Origin: the human T2T-CHM13v2.0 reference genome, Homo sapiens
Assembly (NCBI RefSeq): GCF_009914755.1
Contig: NC_060929.1
Length of the DNA: 64,000 nucleotides
Strand: one strand, 5' to 3'
Shown one piece after another: positions 14,951-29,959 of the stretch; positions within the stretch are counted from its first letter, which is position 1, and the number at the start of each line of letters is the position of its first letter. Under the pieces are notes generated by a model. It did not search any database, had not been told where the DNA came from, and saw only the letters and a list, made by a program, of their open reading frames with translations. A program made the translations under genes and the position numbers.

Positions 14951-16089
14951 AAGAGGAAATGGGACCCTAGTTGAGTATTAAGATTTGTGTTTCTTCTCAT
15001 GTTGAACAAAGTACCTACTCTTTGACCTTCTACTGGCATTTAACTCATTACATTTTAATAAGAAATTTATTATTAGAAATCATTCTCTTTAGACCAGTTT
15101 CACATTCAGAGATTAAAAAGTGTATGCATCTACCAAATGTAGAATAGACATTATTTTACTGAACTGAGAAACTCATCTTTCTTTATACTCTAGTTTAACA
15201 TCTTTCTGAATATCCTGGTTTTATAGTGACAAGCACCTTGGATATAACGAGCCAGACAGAACTATTCTGAAAGGCACAGAATAACAAAGCTTCAAGACTG
15301 TCTCTAACCCTCTTTCTCTTTTGATTTCTGCCAAAACTAGTGGTTAAAGTAATGCCATTATACCAGTTTCCAATAAGCATGACCAATTGTTCTAATGAAG
15401 CCATTTAAAACAACAATTTTATTCCAAACATATGTGCAACCAAATGTGTTTTTAAATTATTTTTCCCTTGCTCCTTTGTGCAAATTAGAGTTTTCATAAT
15501 TGTAAATGTGTAAAATGAAAATATTAGAAGCCACAATTTCTGACAACATAAATTCTTGACTTATTAAATTTTACACCAGTATTACATGTTAAAAAAAAGG
15601 ACTTAACTTCTGAAACAACGAAAACCTTAACTAATTTATGAATGTTAAAAAACAAAAATATGATATTATAAAAGCAGAAGTATAAGAATGATCTTGATAG
15701 CACATCTGTGCTTTAGAAAACATTAGATTAATTTGAGAGTATTTTTCCTTCAAATGGAGTTTAAAAGGTTTTTCATTCTTCATTCACCTTATCACACATT
15801 TAAACATGCATGTGTAAGCATAGTTTCATTGCTTTAGTGCTATACAATTATTTTCACAAACTTAAAAATGTTCCTTTTTTTAATCACTTATGATTATGTC
15901 CATATGCCATAAAGGTCTAAACTCAGAATAATTTGGGAATAAGTACTTTCTAAAAATTATGAATTTTGCAATGGCATAAAGAACAACATTTGAAGAATTT
16001 GGTTTATACCACCTCATAGTTAGTAGCAATGCAAACAAAGCCAGAGCTATAGTTTTATTTATGTTTTACAGTTCATTTTGTCTGGAATG

Positions 16090-19030
16090 CCACTGCTATC
16101 AACTTATGCCAGAATCTCTCTCTTGAACTATTACTATGACCTGCTGAAGTATCTTCCTGACAGTCGTTACTTTCTCACTTCAATCTGTTTTCACAAGGTA
16201 GTCTGAGTTACCTTTTAAACTCGAATATCTGGTAATATCATTTCAGTTATTTAAACTTTCAATGGCTTCTTATTGCTCTTGGAATAAGTAGAAAATTATT
16301 AACATGGTCTAGAAGGATCTGCATAATGTGAACCATGTCCAAACCTCTATCCTTTACCCAAATCTCACTAAAAATAACTGTTTTGGTGGAATATTTATTC
16401 CTCAGTTTTTCAAATATGCTCTTCTTTTTATAGAATGCTTTCCTTCTTCTCCATTTTATAATGATTAAATAGCTTTCAAGTTACAGAACTGATACAGTTT
16501 GCCTGTATTCCCATGCAAAGCTCATCTTGAACTTGTAGTTCACATAATCCCCACATGTTGTGGAAGGAACCCAGTGAAAGGTAATTGAATCATGGGGGTT
16601 GTTACCTTCATGCTGTTCTTGTGATGGTGAGCGAATTCTCACAAGATGTGATGGTTTTTAAGGGGCTTTTCCCCCCTCTTCACTGTGCACTTCCTCTTGC
16701 TGCCAGCATGTGAAGAAGGACATGTTTGCCTCCCCTTCCACCATGATTGTAAGTTTCCTGAGGCCTCCCCAGCTATGCTAAACTGTGAGTCAATTAAATC
16801 TCTTTCTTTATAAATTACCCAGTCTCAGGTGTCTTTATTAGCAGCATGAGAACAAACTAATACAGTAAATTGGTACCACAGAGAGTTGGGTGCTGCTATA
16901 AAGATAGCTGAAAATGTGGAAGCAACTTTGGAACTAGGTAACAGGCAGAGGTTGGACCAGTTTGGAGTGCTCCAAAGAAGACAGGAAAATGTGGGAAAGT
17001 TTGGAACTTCCTAGAAACTTAGAGATCTCAGAAGACCAGAAGATGTGGGAAAGTTTGGAACTTCCTAGAGACTTACTGAATGGCTTTGAGCAAAATGCTG
17101 ATAGGGATATGGACAATGAAGTCCATGCTGAAGTGCTCTCAGTTGGAGATGAGGAACCTGTTGGGAACTGGAGTAAACATCACTCTTACTGTGCAAAGAG
17201 AATGGTGTCATTTTGACCTTGCCCTAGAGATCTGTGGAACTTTGAACTTGAGATGGATGATGTGGGGTATCTGGCAGAAGAAATGTCTAAGTGGCAAAGG
17301 GTTCAAGAGGAAGCAAAGCATAAAAGTTTGGAAAATTTGCAGCCTGACAATGAAACAGAAAAGAAAAACACATTTTCTGGGAAGAAATTCAAGCCAGCTT
17401 CAGAAATTTGCATAAGCAATGAGGAGCTGAATGGTAATCACCAAGACAATGAGGAAAATATCTCCAGAACATATCAGGGACCTTCTTGGGAGTTGATCCC
17501 ATCACAAGCCCAGAGGCCTAGGAGGAAAAAATGGTTTCTAACCTAAAGACTTCGTGTCTTGTGTCTCATCAGCACAAGCCATGGCTAAAATGAGCCAAGG
17601 TACAGCTAGGCCATAGCTTCAAAGGGTGCAAGCCACAAGCCTTGGCAGCTTCCACATGGTGTTGAGCCTGCAGGTGCACCAAATCAAAAGTTGAGGTTTT
17701 CAAACTTCTGCCTAGATTTCAGAGGATGTATGGAAATGCCTGGTTGTCCAGGCAGAACTTTGCTGCAGGGGCAGAAACCTCATGGAGAACCTCTGGTAGG
17801 GCAGTGTAGAAGGAAAATGTGGGGTTGGAGCCTGCACACAGAGTCCTCACTGGGACACTGCCTAGTGGGGCTGTGAGAGGAAGGCCTCTGTCCTGCAGAC
17901 CCCAAAATGGTAGATCCACTGACAGCCTGCACTGTACATATGGGAAAGCCTCAGACACTCAGCACCAGCCTGTGAAAGCAGCCAGGAGGGGGATGGCAAA
18001 ATCATGGGGCAGAGCTTCCCAAGGCTGTAGGAGCCCACCTCTTGCATCAGCATGACCTGGATTTGAGACATGGAGTCAAAGGAGATCACTTTGCAGATTT
18101 AAGGTTTAATGACTGCCCTGTTGGATTTTGGACTTGCACGGGGCCTGTAGCCCCTATGTTTTGGCTAATTTCTCCCATTTGGAATGAGTGTATTTACCCA
18201 ATGTCTGTACCCTTCATTGTGTCTAGGAAGTAATTAAGTTGCTTTTGGTCTTACAGGCTTTTAGGTGTAAGGTACTTGCCTTGTCTCAGATAAGGCTTTG
18301 GACTTGGACTTTTAAGTTAATGCTGAAATGTGTTAAGACTTTGGGGGAGTGTTAGGAAAGCATTATTGCGCTTTGAAATGTGAGGACATGATATTTGGAA
18401 GGGGGTAGGCATGGAATAATATGGTTTGGCTGTGTTCCTACCCAAATCTCATCTTGAATTGTAGTTACCATAATCCCTATGTGTCATGGGAGGGAACCTG
18501 TGGGAGGTAATTAAATCATGGAGGAGGTTACCTCCATGCTGTTCTCATGATAGTGAGTGAGTTCTCACAAGATCTGATAGTTTTATGAGGGGCTTTCCCC
18601 CACCTTTTCTCTGCACTTCCTCTTGCTGCCACCATATGAAAAAGGATGTGTTTGCTTCCCCTTCTGCCATGATTGTAAGTTTCCTGAGGTCTCCACAGCC
18701 ATGCTGACCTGTGAGTCAATTAACCCTCTTTCCTTTATAAATTACCTAGTCTCAGATATGCCTTTAGTAGCAGCATGAGAATGAACTCATACAATAACAG
18801 ACCACACCTGGGTCTCTTCTGTTATTTATAGCCTCACATAGAGCCACATTCCTTCCCTTTATATGGTTTACTTAGTAAATAGTAATAATTTGTGTAACTA
18901 TTTGAATAAAATGTGTCTCCCAACTAAACTGTTACGAAGGAAAGGATTATACATATTTTTGAGCACAATTTTATCTTTAGGGAGTAGAAAAATACCTGTC
19001 ATTTATTAATAAATTGAATAAATTACTAAA
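16090..19030 (+). mobile_element. L2 3' fragment interrupted by THE1D
   Basis: L2 motifs TTTAAACTTTCAATGGCTTCTTATTGCTCTTGGAATAAG before the THE1 and TGTCTCCCAACTAAACTG after it. Confidence 0.55.
16490..18793 (+). mobile_element. Complete THE1D element: LTR 16490-16864, internal 16865-18416, LTR 18417-18793
   Basis: Two homologous LTRs with THE1-int beginning GTAAATTGGTACC and a purine-rich tract before the 3' LTR. TSD AGAAC/ATAAC. Confidence 0.93.
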
Positions 19031-19260
19031 AATAAAAGCAAGCAGTAAACTGAGTCCAGCAAAATATAAAAATAATTATATACCAGGACCAAGTGGGATT
19101 TATCACAGGAAGGCAAAGTTGGTTTAACATCTAAAAATCAAATACAAAAAAGCCCACCATATTAATAATATAAGTACAAAAAAACATGATTATCTCAAAT
19201 GATTCAGAAAAAATACTTGACAAAATCCAACACATTTTCATGATAAAAATGTTCCCAAGT

Positions 19261-19662
<402 letters not shown>

Positions 19663-19767
19663 TTACTTAAAATCAAGAACAAGTTAAGAATATCCACTCT
19701 TTGAATTCTATTTAAAATTGTACAGTTGGTCCTAGCCAAGGCAGTTAAGTAAGAAAAAGAAATAACA

Positions 19768-20204
<437 letters not shown>

Positions 20205-22749
20205 TCAACAAGATTTCAGGATAAAAGATCAGTACAAAAATATGAGTATTTTTATATAATAACAATGAGTGTTCCAAAAATAAAATTAAGGAAAAAATTT
20301 TCATCTGAAATAGCATCAGGAACAAAAGGCTTAGTAATGAATTTAATAAAAGAAGTACAATACTTACAATACTTATACAATGAAAGCTACAAAGGAATAA
20401 ATTAGTGAAAATATAAATAAGTGGAAAGACATACCATGATTTCCTGGATCAGAACATAATGTTCTCATGGATTAGAAAACATAATATTGTAAAGATGGCA
20501 ATAATGCCAAATTCATCTAAAGAGTTGATGCATTCCCTATCTGAATGTTAAATGCCAGGTTGGTATTTTTTGTAGAAACTGACAATCTGGCCATAAAATT
20601 TATGTAGAAATGCAAGGGATCCAGAATAACCAAAACAAAATTTAAAAAAAAGTTTGAGAACCAACACATCCTTATTTCAAAATTTACTACAAAGCTACAG
20701 TAATCAAAAAATATAGTACTGGCATTAGGAGAGTTTATATATCAATGGAAAAGAATTGAGAGCCCAGAAATAAATCTTTACACTTATGGTCAGTTGATTT
20801 TCAACAAGGACGTCAAGACAATTAAATGGGAAAGAATATCTTTTCAACAAATGTTGCTGAGTCAACTGAATATCCACATGCAAAAGAATGAAGTTGAATT
20901 CTCACCTCAATCATAAACAAAATTAAGTCAAACTGGATCGTAGACTTAAATGTAAGAATTAAAATCTATAAACTACTTAGAAGAAAATATGAGAATAAAC
21001 CTCCTTAACTATTGATTAGGCAATGTTTTCTTAGAAAAGACAACAAAAACATAATAAAAATAGGTAAATTGAATAAGAAAATTTTTTAATATTCATTATG
21101 TGTTTCAGTAATACCATCAAGGGAGTGAAAGATAATCTGCAGAATGGGAAAAATATTTACAAATCATGTATCTGATTAAATACTTGTATCCAGACTATAG
21201 AATGAACTCTTACAACTCAATAATAAAAATGTGAATAACCCAATTAAAAGCAGAAAAAGGATTGAATAGACATTTTCCAAAGAAGATATGCAAATGCTCA
21301 ATAAGCATATGAAAAGATAGTCATCATTACTCATTAGTGATATGCAAATTAAAATCACAATGGGATACCATTTTACTCCTACAATCATCAATTATGGATG
21401 GAATAAAAAAGACATACAATAACAAGTGTTGGCAAGGATGTGGAGAATTAGTATCTGCAGACCTTGCTGGTGATGGTGTAAAATCACCAAAGGGCAGCCA
21501 CTTTGGAGATCAGCAATTCTTTCAAAAATTCAAATATAGAATAATCATATGACTCAATTATTCTGCCCAAAAGTGAAAACATATGTCCATACAAATAATC
21601 TACGTGAATATTCATGGCAGTATTATTCAAAATAGCAAAAAGTGGAAAAAATGCAAATATCAACTAAAGAATAGGTAAGTACTAAGTAGTATATTGGTAC
21701 ACTGGAATATTATTTGTTAAATAAATGAAATACTAATACATGCTACACCTGGATGATTCTTGAAAACACTATACTAAGTTACAGAAGCCAGTGACAAATG
21801 CCACATACAGTATTACTGACTATTAAATGTTCAGAATAGGCAAATCTGTGGAGGAAATCCGATTAGAGATTTGTGAGGGATAGGGATGCTGTGGAGAGGC
21901 AATAGATATGGAGCTGATTTTAGGTGGGAAGAAAATTTTCTAAATTTAGATTGTGGTAATGGTTTCACAACCCTATAAAATATTTTAAAACATTAAAGCT
22001 TACACTTTAAATTGGTGAATTGCATGGTATATGAATTATTTCTCAATAAAGATGTTTAAGAAAGATTGAATGAACAAATTATACTCAAAATAATGGTAAA
22101 TATTGAAGATATTTAAAAATAAATATACTAAGTATGTTAGTTTGTTGTATGCTTAATGAAAGAAAATGTAAACTATTCTAATTGCTATATTAATTAGATA
22201 TCGCCAACCATTTCTAATGCAGGTTCTATGGAGGCCACTAGCAAACAACAGTTTGAATGTGTAACCAGTTTGTATCATTCCTTAAACAGTCTGTAATTTT
22301 TATTTCCCAACCTTGAAGCAGGACTTGACTTTTCATCTTAGCCCTCTGACTTTACTTTTTAAAAATTTTTGTATTTATTTCATGATCTCTGAAAAAGATT
22401 GAGAAGCCTTCTGACTTCAAGTCCACTACCACATCATTAGTGGGCTGTGTGTAGATTTAAGTAAAAAAAAAAGCGGGGAGAGGAGTCATATTTAGGAGAG
22501 GAGATAAAAAACGTTTATAACAAATTCCGTGTGGAAAATATTTTAGTAAATATCTCATTTGGCACTTCAATCCTCCCATAAATTTCTTCTTCACCTGTCA
22601 CATGTTTTTCACCTCTCTGTCAACTTTCCTTCCACAGTCTAAACCTATTTTTTCCTGCCCAATTGCTTATTCAGAATTTCTTTGTGTTATTACAGTGCCA
22701 GGATACACTGTTACTACAGTGCCACCCATAGCCCTGGACATATAGCTTC

Positions 22750-23140
22750 TCTCTTAGTCTGTCTTGTGTTGCTATAACAGAATTCTATAGACTGGATAAT
22801 TTGTAAAGAAAATAAGTATATTTCTTACCATTTTGGGGGCTGAGAATTCCAAAAGCACGGTGCTTATATCTGGTGAGAGCTTTCATGCTGCAATATCCCG
22901 TGGCAAAAGAGCAGAAGGGAGAGCAAGCATATGCAAGAGAGCAGAACATCAGGGGCTGGCCTCACTTTTATAACTACCCTGCCATATGATAACCAACCCA
23001 CTCTTGTGGTAACATTAGTCTATTCATGAGGGTGAAGCCCTCATGACTTAATCACTTTTTAAAGACCCCACCTCCAAATACCATCATACTGGCAATTAAA
23101 TTTCAACATGAGTTTTGGAGGGGACATTCAAATCATAGCA
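22750..23140 (-). mobile_element. MST-family (MSTC-like) solo LTR
   Basis: CTTAGTCTGTCTTGTGTTGCTATAACAGAA…AATTTCAACATGAGTTTTGGAGGGGACATTCAAATCATAGCA. Confidence 0.85.
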
Positions 23141-23744
23141 GATTCCAAGTTTATCATGTTTTACCTCAATAAAACTATTGGTATTTTGTTACTATACACA
23201 CACACAGAAAATTTTTTTTTCTACATCCAGATCCTTATAAATAAATTAATGAATATTATTAAGGTATTTTGAAAGGCTAAATTTATTAATATGAATAATT
23301 AACATGTTCATGGTACAAAAACTTTGCAATTTGACCAGTTTTATTTATTAATATTTATTTATTAACACTATGTGTCAGATATCATGGTAGATGCTGAGTA
23401 TATCCAAATATGGAAGTCATAGTCCTTGCAAATAATTGAAATTCACAATTCAGCTCTTTCACAAGCAAGATCTGCATTTACATCCCCCCAACTCTGAAAG
23501 GAAACTAAAGCAATATGAGAAAACTAAGGCTCTGGAAAATCTTGATGAGTCATGCAACTACTGTCCAGATTTGTACTCACAGTTTCTAATAATAAATGTG
23601 TGGGTTTTTTTTTAATTGGGCCAGTGAATCACACTGACTATAAAAGTTTGCATACATTATCTTATTTAGGTTTCATATAATCCCATTTTTGGCTTCAGAA
23701 ACATTTAATTAGTATATCTTGGATAGGTATCATTAACCCCTGTA

Positions 23745-24030
23745 TCTGTCAGGCCAGCTCATGTTTTTGCATCTATGCATTACCTTCATTCCTCCTGCAA
23801 TAGCTACTTCGTTAATGAACTCAAGCAAAATCTGAGATGGTTGTGTAAGAAAGGCTAATTGATATCAGTAAAGTGGTTTATTTTGTTGATTACTGACCAT
23901 ATCCTCAGCAGCTGGATGAACACTCAGATAGGACAAAGTTTCTCCCAGACTGTACTCATTTCAAGAAAAACCTTTCCAAATTTTTATCAACATTCTATTC
24001 TTATTTACATAAAAAAGAACCCACTATTGC
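23745..24030 (-). mobile_element. ERVL pol relic (RNaseH/integrase junction), duplicate of 26960-27230
   Basis: The reverse complement resembles the ERVL pol region encoding …NNQVD…QPLSPATP…AQWAHEQSGHGGRDGGYAWAQQHGLPL. Confidence 0.55.
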
Positions 24031-24034
24031 TAAT

Positions 24035-26294
24035 TGATATGGTTTGGCTGTGTAGCCACCCAAATCTCATCTTGAATTCCCCCATGTTGTGAGAGGAACT
24101 CAGTGGGAGGTAATTGAATCATGGGGGTAGGTCTTTCCTGTGCTATTCTTGTGATAGTGACTAAGCCTCATGAGATCTGATAGTTCTATAAGGGGCAGTT
24201 TCTGTACACAAGCTCTCTTTTATCTTATCTGCTGCCATATGAGAGGTGCCTTTCACATTCTGCCATGATTGTGAGGCCTCCCCAGCCATGTGAAACTGTA
24301 AATCCAATAAACCTCTTTTCTTTGTAAATTGCCCAGCCTTGGGTATGTCTTTATTAGCAGCATGAAAATGGACTAATACAGTAAATGAGTACCAGTAGAG
24401 TGGGGCACCACTGAAAAGATACCTGAAAATGTAGAAGCCACTTTGGAGCTGGGTAACAGGCAGAGGTTGGAACAGTTTGGAGGGTTCAGAAGATGACAGG
24501 AAAATGCAGGAAAGTTTGGAACTTCTTAGAGACTTGTTGAATAGCTTTAACCAAAAGGCTGATAATGATATGGACAATTAAATCCAGGCTGAGATAGTCT
24601 CAGATGGAGGTGAGGAACTTGTTGGGAACTGGAGCAATGATGACTCTTGTTATGTTTTATCAGAGAGACTGGTGGCATTTTGCCCCTGCCCTAGAGATTT
24701 GTGGAACTTTCAACTTGAGAGAGATGATTTAGGGTATCTGCAGGAAGAAATTTCTAAGCAGCAAAGCAGTAAAGAGGTAACTTATGTGCTGTTAAAGGCA
24801 TTCAGTTTTAAAAGGTAAACTAAACATAAAAGTTCAGAAAATTTGCAGCCTGACAATGTGATAGAAAAGAAAATCCCATTTTCTAAGGAGAAATTCAAGC
24901 TGGCTGCAAAAATTTGCATAAGTAACAAGGAGCCGCGTGTTAATCCCCAAGACAATGGGGAAAATGTCTCTGGGACATGTCAGAGGTCTTCACAGCAGCT
25001 CCTCCCATCACAAGCCCAGATGCCCAGGAGGAAAAAATGGTTTTGTGGGCCAGGCCCTGGGTCCCTGTGCTGTGTGCAGCTTAGGGACTTGGTGCCCTGC
25101 CTCCTAGCCACTCCAGCTGTGGCTGGAAAAGGCCAACATGAAGCTCAGGTCGTGGCTTCAGAGGGTGCAAGTCCTAAGCATTGGCAGCTTCTACATGGTG
25201 TTGAGCCTACAAATGCACAGAAGTCAATAATTGAGGTTTAGAAACCTCTGCCTAGATTTCAAAGGATGTATGCAAATACCTGAATGTCCAGGCAGACACA
25301 TGCTTCAGGGGTGGGGCTCTCATGAAGAACCTGTGCTAGGGCAATGCAGATGGGAAATGTGGGGTTGGAGCCCCCTCACATCATCCCTACAGGAGCATCA
25401 CCTAGCGGAGCTGTGACAGGAGGGCTGTCATCCTCCAGACCCCAGAATGGTAGATCCACTGACAGCTTGCACTGTATGCCTGGAAAAGCCACAGACAGTC
25501 AACACCAACCCATGCAAGCAGCCGGGAAGGAGGCTGTACACTGCAAAGCCACAGGGAGCTGCCCTAGACCATGGGAGCCCATGTCTTGCGTAAGTGTGAC
25601 CCAGATGTGAGACACAGAGTCAAGGGGATCATTTTGGAGATTTAAGATTTGACTGCTCTGCTAGATTTTGGACTTTCATAGGGCCTGTAGCCCCTTTGTT
25701 TTGACCAATTTCTCCCATTTGGAATGGTTTTACTTACCTGTAGCCTCATTGTATCTAGGAAGTAACTAACTTGCTTTTGATTTTACAGGCTCGCAGGCAG
25801 AAGGGACTTGCCTTGTCTCAGATGAGACATTGGACTGTGAACTTTTGAGTTAATGGTGAAATGAATTAAGACTTTGGGGGACTGTTGAGAAAGCATGATT
25901 GGTTTTGAAATGTGAGGACATGAGATTTGGGAGGGGCCAGGGGTGGAATGATGTGGTTTGGCTGTGTCCCCATCCAAATCTCATCTTGAATTCCCACATG
26001 TTGTGGGAGGTATCCGGTGGGAGGTAATTGAATCATGGGGATAGGTCTTTCCCCTGCTGTTATCATGATAGTGAATGAATCTCATGAGATCTGATGGTTC
26101 TATAAGGGGGAGTTTCCCTTCACAAGCTCTCTTTTCTCTTGTCTGCCACCATGTGAGAAGTGCCTTTCATCTTCCGCGACGATTGTTAGGCCTCCCCAGC
26201 CATGTGGAACTGTAAGTCCAATAAACCTGTTTACTTTGTAAATTGCCCAATTTTGGGTGTGTCTTTATCAGCAGCATGTAAACAGACTGATACA
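24035..26294 (+). mobile_element. Complete THE1A/B element: LTR 24035-24380, internal 24381-25948, LTR 25949-26294
   Basis: Two LTRs with TG…CA termini and a perfect 5-bp TSD CTAAT (24030-24034, 26295-26299). The polypurine tract GGGAGGGGCCAGGGGTGGAA precedes the 3' LTR. Confidence 0.95.
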
Positions 26295-26299
26295 CTAAT

Positions 26300-27250
26300 T
26301 TGAGATAAATGAAATTAATTACAGGACATTCAACATGTGGGTAGCATTTTGGCATGATAGTTAGAGGAGCCACACTCATTTTGATGCTTTACAACGTTTC
26401 TGGGACCACATATTTTGGTTTGGGGAAAGAAGAAAATAGCACTCTATATTCATTGCTGATTCAGAGTGTATACTACCTCCTGAAGAACTGTTCCAAAGCA
26501 TCTCAAGGTGTATCTTCTAGCAGGTGCTGTAACTGTCTTCAATATTCTTTTCCTCTGGTGGTTTCTAATTCAGATGGTTTCTAAGTGATGAGGTACATAA
26601 TGAAGACAGCGAAATCTGTGAACATAAGCTCCATTGCCTTACTACTTTTGCAAGATGAGTTTCTTAATCAGAATAAATATTATAAATAAATAAATATCAT
26701 GGTATTAAATATTTTATAAGATATGAGTACAGTTATTACTCTTCTTAGAAGTGCAGTAGGCAAGAAAATTATAACTATATACCACATATGTGTTTACTAC
26801 AATAAGAACAAATTTCCTTCTAATGCGCTTCCTATTACAAGGAAATCTGGTATGAGGTGGTTTGTTTCTTAATTGTATAGCCATGTGGAGGGCTTGGCGC
26901 CAGAATTACTGCTATTAAATCAGGTAAAAATTGGTGGAGAAAAGTCAGCTTCAATGATGGCTAGCTTGTGCTTCTGTGTCTACGTATTACCTCTATTCCT
27001 TCTACTGTAGCCATTTGTTAATGAACTCATTATACAAATTCTGGGGCTGTTGAAAAAAAATACTGATTAATAGCCATACAACACTTTATTTTGTTAACTT
27101 CATTACTGAGCATATCCTTAGCAGCTGCATAAGCTTTTTTGTAGGACAAAGTTTCTATCAAACTGAACTCATTCCAAAAGCAAAACTTTCCACATTTTTG
27201 CCAAATCTCCATTCTTATCCCTTCCAAATCCATGATTATCATAACAATCC
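26300..27250 (-). mobile_element. ERVL internal (integrase/RNaseH) relic
   Basis: Degenerate antisense ERVL pol motifs, e.g. TGAGTTTCTTAATCAGA and TAATGAACTC. Confidence 0.5.
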
Positions 27251-27294
27251 ATTTTTAGGTGATTCTCTAACACTTAAGTATAAGCTGAACTTTA

Positions 27295-27350
27295 GTGTGT
27301 GTGTATGTGTGTGTGTGCGTGTATATATATATGTGTATATATATATATGT
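27295..27350. repeat. (TG)n/(TA)n compound microsatellite
   Basis: Visible dinucleotide runs. Confidence 0.9.
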
Positions 27351-27987
27351 AATTTCCAAGAAAAAATTTATATTTTGCCTATAAGGAAATTTACTCTGCT
27401 GCTCTTTAGGGCCAAGTCCAGGTGGGGTGGTAATACAATAATAATCCACTTCCAGAAAGCACAGCCATATTGCATAAAGCCATTTGCAAGCTAAGCTGGT
27501 GGGACTTACCCATCATCTCTACCATGCACAGACACTTCAAACAGTATTTAAGGTGCTTAGCGAAACGGCCTAATGACAGTGCTGTCTATGAAAAAAGCTA
27601 AAGGAAACTTGCTTCCTGTAGGTAAGTGCTACAGTTTACAATTTTCACACAAATAGAAATTGAGATCACATACCAACAGCAAATCCTATAACAGAAAGCA
27701 CTGAAGGATGTATTTACAAATAAGAAAAAATATTCAATAAAGAAGATCTAAGGGTGCTAGATGAAAAAATAAAAAAAGAAATTGGTAAACAACTGGGAAA
27801 ATATAAAACAGCAATATTACCTAATTTGAAGTTAACTGAAATTATATATAATGTATAATTATATATAGCCTAACATGTAAGCCAATTATTGAGACTGTGT
27901 AAAATTCAGATATGTGCTGTTTAAAGGAAATGTAATTAACAATAAGCATACAGAAAGAATGAAAAATAAAGAGAAAAGAACACACCA

Positions 27988-28714
<727 letters not shown>

Positions 28715-28744
28715 AATAGCTATTTTAGAAATAGATAGAAATCA

Positions 28745-29356
28745 GAGGACTTGGAGCAAGACAACTAAATAAATGCCTTCAGTGATTGTCCCCCCTGCAG
28801 TAATACCAAATTGAACTATCCACACACAAAACAGTACCTTCATGAGAACCAAAAATTGAGTGAGCTCTCACAGTACCTTGTTTTAACTTCATATCACAGA
28901 AACATATGAAGGTCATAACTTCATATGACAGAAAGAGGCACTGAAGAAGGTAGGAAAGGCTATCTTGAATTGCAGACGCCACCCGTCTCCCATCCGCTGG
29001 CAGCAGCTGCATGGTGTGGAGAGAAAAATGTGTGCATTTGAGGGAGGGAGAGTGCAGTGATTGGGAGATTTTTGCCTTGGAACCCAGTGCTGCCCTGTCA
29101 CAATGGAAAACACCAGGCAGAACTCTGCTGATGCCAATGGAGGGAGCATTTAGATCAGCCCTAGCCAGGGGAAACTTGCCCATCACAGCAGCTGGATCCT
29201 GAGTTGCATTAATGCTTGCTACCATGGACTTGAGAGCTCTGGGATCCTAAATAAACTTGAAAGCCAGTCTAGGCCACAAGGACTGCAATTCTTGGACAAG
29301 TCCTGGTACTGTGTTGGGAATGGATCCAGTGCACTTGGGGGACACATGATTGAGTG
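28745..29356 (+). mobile_element. L1PB/L1MA-type 5' UTR fragment
   Basis: ACCTTCATGAGAACCAAAAATTGAGTGAG…CAGTACCTTGTTTTAACTTCATATCAC…GTCTAGGCCACAAGGACTGCAATTC. Confidence 0.7.
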
Positions 29357-29959
29357 ACCTTCAATCTTTCCATTTGTTTGTGTCCTCTATTATTTCAAGC
29401 AATCCTTGACAGATTTTTTGTTCCATTGTTTTTCCTTAAAGGATAGATTAAACGTAAAGTATAAGTTGATTGGAAGGAAATAGACTGACATATAAATATG
29501 GATGAGATTAATTCCAAAATGAATGTTAAAAACTGCACAAATTGTATTGCAGTTACAAAATAAACTGTTTCTATATTTATGTGTTTATTTGACTAATGTG
29601 TTTCTGCCATCTTTAAATGTGATAAACATTTATCACATTTGAGATACCTTTGAGAACAAAGAACATTTGGTTTTGTTCATCACTGCATATTTTTCAAGGC
29701 CTGACACATGATAGTTTACTTGTTACTTAGCTATAATGCTTATTCGATTATTGTTTATTAATTATAATAAATGAAAAACTATTCATGCAGATATCAGATA
29801 ACTAAGGACTAACTGACAGCAATCCACCACATGCCTAATGCTTGACTGATATCTTGACCTTTATATTTGGGAAAAAAAAAAGGTAGGCCAGTGGGAGTTT
29901 CCTAAGGTTTTGCTAACCCCTATTCTAATTTAAGGTAAGAGTACTAGTACTGAATTCAG

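Noticed and set aside
24277-26203. PRDM9 hotspot 13-mer in THE1A/B LTRs
   Set aside because: Both LTRs read CCTCCCCAGCCAT, not CCTCCCTNNCCAC, so the hotspot-associated motif is absent.
27555-27590. Hammerhead-like words (CGAAAC, CTAATGA)
   Set aside because: The core is not CUGANGA, and the spacing leaves no room for stems I and III.
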